Shown here: in pieces, positions 52,507-59,351 of the stretch
How positions within the stretch are numbered: the stretch's first letter is position 1
How the letters are laid out: every line of letters starts with the position of its first letter
Program-made: the position numbers and the translations under genes
Virus record (IMG/VR): IMGVR_UViG_3300045988_070374
Source of the DNA: a virus
Direction: 5' to 3' (one strand)
Length of the DNA stretch: 59,351 nucleotides
The notes under the pieces: model-generated
Told to the model about the DNA's origin: nothing
Databases searched by the model: none
Seen by the model: only the letters and a program-made list of their open reading frames with translations

Positions 52507-54174
52507 TCAAAAAGGCCTCTTGACAGGCTCAATTTTGCTGATTCCGTTGTACAGTTCATCGGCAAGCTGTGCCAGACTGTCCGGTGCATCATCGTGCGGA
52601 ACTTTGCCAAGCTGCGTGAACATCGTCACCTGTTCCATAAATGCCTTGTACTCTTTCGACTGGTGCTTCTCGTCAAGGAAATAGAATCGTTTGATGTCCG
52701 GCGCATACTGGATGATTCTTGACAGCTTGCTTTGACCGCTGGGCGCACGTTGGCTGCGAACAGAGCAGTGATAGCCTTGCTGCCGAAGCTGGCTGTCTAC
52801 CACGTCACAATATTCGTCACCGCCGTTGTTGGCTTCGCCGCGCACCACATTGATTTTGTGCTGGATGATTTTGCCCACGACTTCCGGCCTAGTCACAGTC
52901 TTATCGCCGTTATTGAACACAAGGTCTGGGATGAACACAGCATCTCCGTACACATAAGCGATAGGACAGGCCGTGAAGTCACCGCCGCCCCATGCAATAT
53001 CCATGACCATGAGCTTGCGATCAGGCTCCCCATCAGGCAGAACACCGTTGAAATACCGCAGTTCATCGGCAGGGAATAGCAGTCCTTCACGCACATAGGG
53101 CTTACCCATGTACTTTGCCCACCATGTTGCGTCATCAATGCTGGCTTTCATATCAGCATAGTAGGCATCGTCAAAGCCAACGCCATAGTCATAATTGAAG
53201 TTGCTGTGTCCGTTCTCATCCACCGCAGGAATCACCCGGAATCTGTACTTTGGGTTGTCTGCATACTGGTTCTGGATGCGCCCCAGAGGGTCAAGCACGT
53301 TCCAACGTGTACCGACCATCAGTTCCAATGCGCCTTGCTTTTTACGGTCTTTCAACTGGTTCAGATAGGCATCGTACTTGTTGTTCAGGCGCTCAACATT
53401 CAGGCTTTCCTCTAAGTCCTCGATCAAGTCATCGCTGTACAGAACGCCGCCCTCGCCGATTTCAACAGCACCAGTCAACGTACCGCCAATGGAACGACAA
53501 GTCAGGGTGGGGAAGCGTTTCTTTCGGTTCAGATCAACACTTTCATCCTTTGCACTTTTGTCCACAAGCTGAACGTCAGGGAAGATTTTGCCCCAGTTGT
53601 AGGTCACAGGGTCGGTGATGATGGACAGCACTTCGCCGTAGAAGCCATTGGTCAGCTTGTCGGAATGTCCGCTCATAACCGATGCAACGTCAGGTCGGTT
53701 GCCCATCAGCCATGTGATGAAAAATATACAGAGCGTCGATTTTCCTACGCGAGCGGGCAAGCTAACTCCCAAGAAGTCAATCCGCTTATAAAACAAGTCC
53801 TCAAGGTCATATGCCAGCACTTTCAGAACCCTGCGTCTAGGCTGATAGAACTTCTTCTCCGGCGCACGGTTCCATTCGAGGTAGATGCAATAGCTGTCGA
53901 ACACATCTTTTGCTTCAAACAAGTACGTCCGGCCGATAATGTCATAGACCTTTGCCACGTCCTCGCCTGTTTTCATCTTGCCCATCATGGCTGCACAGAC
54001 AGAGCGCAGCTCACCAGAGTATTTGTAGGCATCGAACCGCTTGTCTTGCGGCAAAGCGTCTCTAAGGTTCACCACCGCCTGAAACCAGTCCTCATAGACC
54101 TGTGCTTCGGTCGGGTTCTGTTTTGCATACGCTTTGATGCTGTCGATGATGGCGATACACTGCTTTGGCTGCAT
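52507..54174 (-). CDS. terL: Terminase large subunit
   Basis: ARVGKSTLCIFFITWLMGNRPDVASVMSGHSDKLTNGFYGEV...GGVLYSDDLIEDLEESLN...LMVGTRWNVLDPLGRI...MDIAWGGGDFTACPIAY. Confidence 0.95.
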   Translation of the reverse strand: MQPKQCIAIIDSIKAYAKQNPTEAQVYEDWFQAVVNLRDALPQDKRFDAYKYSGELRSVCAAMMGKMKTGEDVAKVYDIIGRTYLFEAKDVFDSYCIYLEWNRAPEKKFYQPRRRVLKVLAYDLEDLFYKRIDFLGVSLPARVGKSTLCIFFITWLMGNRPDVASVMSGHSDKLTNGFYGEVLSIITDPVTYNWGKIFPDVQLVDKSAKDESVDLNRKKRFPTLTCRSIGGTLTGAVEIGEGGVLYSDDLIEDLEESLNVERLNNKYDAYLNQLKDRKKQGALELMVGTRWNVLDPLGRIQNQYADNPKYRFRVIPAVDENGHSNFNYDYGVGFDDAYYADMKASIDDATWWAKYMGKPYVREGLLFPADELRYFNGVLPDGEPDRKLMVMDIAWGGGDFTACPIAYVYGDAVFIPDLVFNNGDKTVTRPEVVGKIIQHKINVVRGEANNGGDEYCDVVDSQLRQQGYHCSVRSQRAPSGQSKLSRIIQYAPDIKRFYFLDEKHQSKEYKAFMEQVTMFTQLGKVPHDDAPDSLAQLADELYNGISKIEPVKRPF

Positions 54175-54307
54175 AAAAAAATAGGCACCCCCTACCTGAA
54201 AATGTAAAGAGTGCCTACAACTGCACAAAAATCAAATATTCGGTTTTTATAATACTGTTTCGGAAGATTGTTTGCTAAAATTCGTTTTAACGGATAGAAT
54301 GTGCGGT

Positions 54308-54520
54308 TTATTTGACTTCTTCTGCAAGCTGGTTGAGCCTGCGCTTCAATTCATCCGCATCGTAGTACAAGGCGTCTGCGATGGCATTGAGGATATCGGG
54401 CTTGTCGGTGTAATCGCACAACGTTTCAATTAGTTTCAAGCTCTGCTCTGACAATTTTACGGTTTTCATGTCACTTTTCCTTTCTCGTTCGGTTTTATTC
54501 TGGGTTGCGAACAATGTCAA
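54308..54520 (-). CDS. Small hypothetical protein
   Basis: start probably MKTVKLSEQSLKLIETLCDYTDKPDILNAIADALYYD. Confidence 0.5.
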   Translation of the reverse strand: MTLFATQNKTERERKSDMKTVKLSEQSLKLIETLCDYTDKPDILNAIADALYYDADELKRRLNQLAEEVK

Positions 54521-54927
54521 CTGAAAACGCCAGCTAGTACAATGCTAATCAACCCTGCGACAACGCTTGTAAGAACGCCGCAAGCAAATCCTATCCCGCG
54601 TTCTTTCCACTGTTCAATCTTTTCCAGCTTGTGGATTTTCTTATAGTTCCTTGCACGTTCCAACAGCCAGAATGCTGTGTGCTGCGTGTCGCCCCAGCGT
54701 ATCAACCCATCGTTGGCAAGGGATTCAAGAACGAACTGTGCCGTGAAGTCCAGTTTGTCTTGCAGGGCTTTTACAGAATAGAAGCCATTCGGCAGGTCTG
54801 GTTCATAGGTGTTCAACGTGTCGATCAGGCGCTTCATGTTGTCACTAAGTATCACAGAACGCACCTCGCAACCACAACTACGATGAAGAACCCGGTAAGC
54901 AGCCCAACGACTGCCCCCGCAAGCCAA
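54517..54927 (-). CDS. Hypothetical protein with C-terminal TM
   Basis: LNTYEPDLPNGFYSVKALQDKLDFTAQFVLESLANDGLIRW...GFACGVLTSVVAGLISIVLAGVFS. Confidence 0.6.
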   Translation of the reverse strand: MACGGSRWAAYRVLHRSCGCEVRSVILSDNMKRLIDTLNTYEPDLPNGFYSVKALQDKLDFTAQFVLESLANDGLIRWGDTQHTAFWLLERARNYKKIHKLEKIEQWKERGIGFACGVLTSVVAGLISIVLAGVFS

Positions 54928-54974
54928 TCATACGAGTTTCTGTTGTTCCACTTATCCATAGGCTCTTGCTCCTT

Positions 54975-55550
54975 TCACCTGTTCTGTTTAGCAATCCGAT
55001 ACCATGTCTGGCGGGTCACACCAAGCTGTTTGGCAGCGTCCGTGACCGTGAGAATGCGCTTCTCCACCTGTTCGTGAAGAACGTCAAAGAGGTTGCGGTC
55101 ATACTCGGTGGGTTTGCGGCCTTCCTTGTAATCAGGGCGCTGGCTGGCAATTTTCTTACCCTCTCTGGTGCGTTCAACAATCATGTCACGCTCAAACTGG
55201 GCAAACACAAGGAACATACCTCTCATAGCCCTACTAGCAGGGGTGTTGTCCATCACGCCAAGATTCAGCACGTTCACCCGGATTCCTTTTTCAATCCACG
55301 AATCAATCAGTTCATACCCACCAACAAGGCTTCTGGCAACACGATCTAGCTTTGTCACAACGATTGTATCGCCGCTCTGGACTTCCGCTTCCAGCTTGTC
55401 CAGTTCCTTGCGTTCCATTTTAGTGCCGGTATAGACCTCTTTGAAAATCTTAGTTGCACCAGCGGCCTTGAGAGCTTCTTCCTGCGATTCAAGGCTGTTG
55501 CCGTCAATCGCTTGACCAGCGGAACTGACACGAGCGTAACCATAAATCAT
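54975..55550 (-). CDS. Resolvase/invertase-type serine recombinase
   Basis: [72 protein letters not shown]; C-terminal [18 protein letters not shown]. Confidence 0.95.
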   Translation of the reverse strand: MIYGYARVSSAGQAIDGNSLESQEEALKAAGATKIFKEVYTGTKMERKELDKLEAEVQSGDTIVVTKLDRVARSLVGGYELIDSWIEKGIRVNVLNLGVMDNTPASRAMRGMFLVFAQFERDMIVERTREGKKIASQRPDYKEGRKPTEYDRNLFDVLHEQVEKRILTVTDAAKQLGVTRQTWYRIAKQNR

Positions 55551-55822
55551 TCAGGTTCACCGTCCTTTTCCTCTACTACCTCATAGCAGCCAGCACGAGT
55601 AAGTTTCCCATTTGCAGGTTCTACGACCAGTCTGTACCCGAAAACCTCAAGAATTTGAACCATTGTGGATAATTTCATATCATCAGCGAGGACACGAGAA
55701 GATGCGCTGGAAATGGTTTTGTAGTCAAGCTTTTCTCGGAGATATTCGTATGTTTTATGCTGATTCTTCATTATGTCACGAAGAATTTCGCTTGAGTTCA
55801 CCTTGTTATTCGTTGCAGCCAT
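55547..55822 (-). CDS. Small HTH-type regulator candidate
   Basis: [67 protein letters not shown]. Confidence 0.65.
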   Translation of the reverse strand: MAATNNKVNSSEILRDIMKNQHKTYEYLREKLDYKTISSASSRVLADDMKLSTMVQILEVFGYRLVVEPANGKLTRAGCYEVVEEKDGEPE

Positions 55823-55850
55823 TTTTTCGTTCCTCTCTTTCTTTAATGCC

Positions 55851-55879
55851 AGTATACGCTTTCTAGCGTAAATTGTCAA
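55851..55879 (-). promoter_or_regulatory. Promoter (TTGACA-N17-TATACT) with TACGCTAGAAAGCGTA operator
   Basis: tgtcaa 55874-55879, agtata 55851-55856, operator 55855-55870. Confidence 0.8.
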
Positions 55880-56352
55880 GAGTTTTCTCAATTTTACTAT
55901 CACCAAGTCCAGATATTTCTGAGGTCTCACTTATGTGACCGAATTATATTTACAGAATGTATATATTTTATAAAAAGAGCGATAATTCGTAATGTGAAAA
56001 ATCTGCTTGTAAACTTATTTATTTACATTCTGGGAGCGAACCGCTATCAAATATCACACATCTGTGACACAAATTCAGATATATCTGATGCAAATTATAC
56101 AAATTGGGCTGTTGACAACTATATACCAAGCGTCTATAATCTAAGACAGCAGAACACACGATGAATCAGCCAGCAACGGTAGATTTATCCTTTGTGGCAT
56201 AAAAAAATAGGCCGCCAGCCCACCGACCAAAGTAGCGCTGACGACCTATTCCACCACAAAACAGAAGCTGCGCAACCAAGGGCGCAGTCTCGGTTTCTGT
56301 CAATTATTATAGCAGAAGCAGACCGCTTCTGCAATAGAAAGGAGCAAAAAAC

Positions 56353-56517
56353 ATGAACTTTCCCACGACAACCGAAGAATTTCTGAAAACCCTCTCACAC
56401 GGCAAAGAACCGACCAGCGAGGACATGGAGTACGCAGAAGCGCTGGGTAAGCTGTCCGAACTGAACTACCGGGCAGGGTACGAAGCGGGAGCGGCCACCA
56501 AGAACTGCAAAATCTGA
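56353..56517 (+). CDS. Small protein (54 aa)
   Basis: MNFPTTTEEFLKTLSHGKEPTSEDMEYAEALGKLSELNYRAGYEAGAATKNCKI; aaaggag RBS. Confidence 0.6.
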   Translation: MNFPTTTEEFLKTLSHGKEPTSEDMEYAEALGKLSELNYRAGYEAGAATKNCKI

Positions 56518-56619
56518 TGTCAACACTAGCGAACACAATATCTAGTGTATTTTTGATTGACATTCAGATATTTTGCAGTTACACTTATTGCACAGCAAAA
56601 CGAAAGGGGGTGAATATGT

Positions 56620-56796
56620 ATGAGTAGTCCTTACGCAGAGCGTTACGGTCACACCGTTACCATCAGCGTGACGGAGCGGCAGTTTGCAAGCTTGCAGGAA
56701 TACTGCATCAAGAACCGGGTCTCCATTTCTGCTGCGTTCCGTGAAGCGTTCTTTACGCTGCATCCGATGGATTCAACTAATGAAAACGAAAAATGA
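56620..56796 (+). CDS. Small protein (58 aa), possible RHH-type DNA binder
   Basis: RYGHTVTISVTERQFASLQEYCIKNRVSISAAFREAFFTL; aaaggggg RBS. Confidence 0.55.
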   Translation: MSSPYAERYGHTVTISVTERQFASLQEYCIKNRVSISAAFREAFFTLHPMDSTNENEK

Positions 56797-56915
56797 TACG
56801 TCCGCTGAAGTTTGGCGACAGAAGCGAACGTATCATGTAAACCCTGAGAGAAGCATTCTCTCGCCGTTATTATAGCAGAAAATTGCTTCTCTCACAAGTG
56901 AAAAGGAGCTTTTTA

Positions 56916-57707
56916 ATGCAACTTTCTTTGTCTGAGAACATAAAAATCTTCAACAACGCCGAGTTTGGCGAAATCCGTGTCATGCTCATTGACGATGACC
57001 CTTGGTTTGTTGGCAAGGACATTGCCGCAGCACTTGGGTACGGTGAAGGCAAATCTCTTGCCAACGCCGTTGCAAACCACGTTGACGAAATCGACAAGGG
57101 GGTCACCGAAATGATGACCCCCGGTGGGATGCAGAAAATGGTCATCATCAACGAATCCGGCCTGTACAGTCTGATTTTCAGCAGCAAGCTGGAAAGCGCA
57201 CAGCGGTTCAAGCACTGGGTCACTCACGAGGTCTTGCCGTCCATCCGCAAGCATGGAATGTACATGACCGACAACCTGTTGGAGACGGCTATTGCCAACC
57301 CGGACTTCGTGATCGGGCTGATTCAGAACATGAAGGCCGAAAAGGAAAAGAGCGCAGCATTACAGATGCAGAACAAGCAGCTCTGTGAGAAGAACGAAGA
57401 GATGCAGCCTAAAGCAGACTACTTCGATGACCTTGTTGCATGGAACGTGTCTACCAACTTCCGCTCTACTGCAAAGGAACTGCGTATCCCTGAGCGTTTG
57501 TTCATCAAGATGCTTATTTCTGACGGTTACATCTACCGTGACAAGAGCAAGGGCATCCTGCCGAAAGCTGGCAAGGGTGACGGCCTGTTTGCGGTCAAGG
57601 AATACTGCAACCAGAAGAACAAGCACGGCGGCGTACAGACAAGAGTAACGCCGAAAGGCCGCGAGACGTTCCGTTTGCTCTATGCAAGCATCCGTAGAAA
57701 CGGATAA
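56916..57707 (+). CDS. BRO-N/ANT family phage antirepressor
   Basis: LSENIKIFNNAEFGEIRVMLIDDDPWFVGKDIAAALGYGEGKSLANAVANHVDEID...SGLYSLIFSSKLESAQRFKHWVTHEVLPSIRKHG. Confidence 0.93.
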   Translation: MQLSLSENIKIFNNAEFGEIRVMLIDDDPWFVGKDIAAALGYGEGKSLANAVANHVDEIDKGVTEMMTPGGMQKMVIINESGLYSLIFSSKLESAQRFKHWVTHEVLPSIRKHGMYMTDNLLETAIANPDFVIGLIQNMKAEKEKSAALQMQNKQLCEKNEEMQPKADYFDDLVAWNVSTNFRSTAKELRIPERLFIKMLISDGYIYRDKSKGILPKAGKGDGLFAVKEYCNQKNKHGGVQTRVTPKGRETFRLLYASIRRNG

Positions 57708-57747
57708 GTAACGGTTACTAATTTTATAGTAAACGCTTGTCGATAAG

Positions 57748-57786
57748 AAAAGCCAGTGGTTAGAGAACATCTAGCCGCTGGCTTTT
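57748..57786. terminator. Terminator between convergent genes
   Basis: aaaagccag...ctggctttt. Confidence 0.75.
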
Positions 57787-57791
57787 TGTGT

Positions 57792-58901
57792 TTAATAGAT
57801 TTTTACTGTTTTCCCATCTCTGGTATAGCTTTCAAGTTCACAGCTATAAAAGCTCATTTTTGAATATTCACCAACAAAAGTGATTTCATCGCCGGTATTG
57901 ATTTTCATAATAGCATTTTTTTGGTCTTTGGAGAAGGACGCAAAGAAATAAACCGTTGTGTTCCCGACTTGTCTGACAAGAGTGACTGTCGCACCTCCAA
58001 AAAGATTCGCCAATCCGCTATCGGTCAATCCGTTTACAGTGCCGGTTACACGGTATCTCTTATTCCCGTATGTTTCCTCCGCTCTTACCTCATTCGACTT
58101 ATATTCCTTATAGACAGCATTAAAATCGATATCGGTAACAGCATGCTCAGAAGCAGAGGAACTAGACTTTTTAGGCTTAGAAGAGGACTTGCTCTTTGCT
58201 GATTGCTTTTCGGATTCTGCTCTAATAGCGGCGTTCCGCTCTTCTTCCTTCGCCTTTTCAGATGCAGACTGTTCCTTTGATGCTGGCTCTTCTTTCTTGG
58301 AGTTGGCCATCTCTGCCGCTAAACGCTCGCTTTCGGCTTTTATCGCCGCGTTACGTTCATCTTCTGCCTTTTTAGAATCTGATGCTGCTTTGTTTTCTGC
58401 TTCTTCTTTAATGCGTTTGGATTCTGCATCCTTGCTGGCCGCTGCTTCACACTCGGCTTGCTTTTGCCGTTCTGCTTCGGCTTTGCTACTCGCCGCCGCT
58501 GCCGATGATGCAGCCTTTTCAATTTCTCTTGCTTCTGATTCTGCTGCTCTTTGAGCTGCTGCCGCCTTATCGTATGGGAGCATCATTCCAACAATGAACA
58601 ACACAAAAACAACTATCAATACGAGCAAATCTTTCTTGCAATGATACTTTTCGTGTTTGATGACAGATTTTAAGAATCCCCATACCACTTTTACGATATA
58701 GCAAAAGCAGATGAGCATGAAAGCGATGCCGATGTTTCGTGCATCCCTTTGAGATGCAGCATAGCATACGCCAAAGCCAATGTATGCCGCTATCATCCAA
58801 TACCATGTTTTCTTGTTTGGCTTTCCTCTGATTGCGTTGATAGCACAGCAAAAGCTAAGAACGAATCCAGCGAGCATAAGAATGATGCTTATATTATCCA
58901 T
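57792..58901 (-). CDS. Membrane protein with long Ala/Glu/Ser-rich linker and C-terminal OB-fold-like (tRNA_anti-like) domain
   Basis: MDNISIILMLAGFVLSFCC... four hydrophobic segments; C-terminal YGNKRYRVTGTVNGLTDSG...GDEITFVGEYSKMSFYSCELESY. Confidence 0.75.
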   Translation of the reverse strand: MDNISIILMLAGFVLSFCCAINAIRGKPNKKTWYWMIAAYIGFGVCYAASQRDARNIGIAFMLICFCYIVKVVWGFLKSVIKHEKYHCKKDLLVLIVVFVLFIVGMMLPYDKAAAAQRAAESEAREIEKAASSAAAASSKAEAERQKQAECEAAASKDAESKRIKEEAENKAASDSKKAEDERNAAIKAESERLAAEMANSKKEEPASKEQSASEKAKEEERNAAIRAESEKQSAKSKSSSKPKKSSSSASEHAVTDIDFNAVYKEYKSNEVRAEETYGNKRYRVTGTVNGLTDSGLANLFGGATVTLVRQVGNTTVYFFASFSKDQKNAIMKINTGDEITFVGEYSKMSFYSCELESYTRDGKTVKIY

Positions 58902-59296
58902 TTGAGATTCCCCTTTCCTTCGGTCAAGTATACCACATCTAAGACCTCGAAAGGGGTCTTTTTGTATTTTTCGGAATTTTTGGAGACTTGCACAATCGGA
59001 TGGGTTCTGATTTGTGAAGAAGGGGTGGGTCTTTTTTATTTTTTCGGTGGTTGAGAGACTGACCGGGAGGGGCTGGGCGGCGGCTATATGCCCCGCCGGT
59101 GACCCTTGCCCACTCCAGCGCACCCGGAACGACGGCACACGACAGGCAGCAGGGCAGACCATGCCAAAAACCAGAGCGGACAAGCGTTAGTGCAGACCGA
59201 CGCCCAAACGCTGGACTGCTTGCGCAGTGCGTCCGAAACTGAGCAAAAGCGGACAGCCCAAAACCTCAAAAATAAATACGCAAAAAAGCGTAAATA

Positions 59297-59351
59297 CCTA
59301 TTGACATTTACGCAAGAAAGCGTATAATACAATCAGACGCAAGAAAGCGTA
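59297..59351. repeat. 55-bp exact direct terminal repeat (copy 2)
   Basis: identical to 1-55. Confidence 0.97.

Noticed and set aside
58189-58554. Ser/Ala-rich plus-strand ORF 121 aa
   Set aside because: Antisense shadow of the Ala/Glu/Ser-rich linker of the 57792-58901 gene.
1-59351. Terminal repeats as LTRs or phage direct terminal repeats
   Set aside because: 55 nt fits assembler overlap; too short and located in a promoter, with no independent evidence of physical ends.

Overview
The window reads as an essentially complete temperate siphovirus genome with a plasmid-like maintenance module, i.e. a phage-plasmid candidate. The host is probably a Clostridia/Oscillospirales-type Firmicute, inferred from protein style only. 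The first and last 55 nt are identical, so the contig is a closed circle or circularly permuted molecule of about 59,296 bp. Modules: (1) an early leftward block at ~3.3-20.3 kb with DnaB-like helicase, DUF6291-like replisome protein, RecU-like resolvase, ERF-like annealing protein, SSB, a PAPS-reductase-family protein, a methylase-like protein, a C5-methyltransferase with permuted motif order, and many small zinc-ribbon and DUF551-like proteins; (2) a divergent immunity switch at ~20.3-21.1 kb; (3) a rightward plasmid-type module at 23.0-26.8 kb with 22-bp iterons, a Rep_3-like initiator, ParA and an RHH-type partner; (4) a leftward late block from 54.2 to 32.3 kb: terminase, portal, scaffold, capsid, connectors, tail tube, tail chaperones with a canonical A_AAA_AAC -1 slippery site, tape measure, tail tip, a complete diversity-generating retroelement (DGR), GH25 lysin and holin-like genes; (5) a right-end block with a resolvase-type serine recombinase, a small regulator, a BRO-type antirepressor and an OB-fold-like membrane protein. 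No integrase was recognised. Main hunt results: the DGR with a 120-bp TR/VR pair (11 of 12 mismatches at template adenines) and a perfect 10-bp-stem hairpin after VR; an ATAGTCG repeat array in a ~1.5 kb non-coding region; iterons overlapping the rep promoter; a TACGC-N6-GCGTA operator shared by the promoter at the contig junction and the regulator/resolvase promoter; a nested ORF inside the permuted methyltransferase gene; an amber-interrupted ORF; two genes apparently split by +1 frame changes; and a tRNA-Met-like gene beside a degenerate tRNA-like element. All assignments come from reading sequence and recognising motifs by eye; no searches were run.
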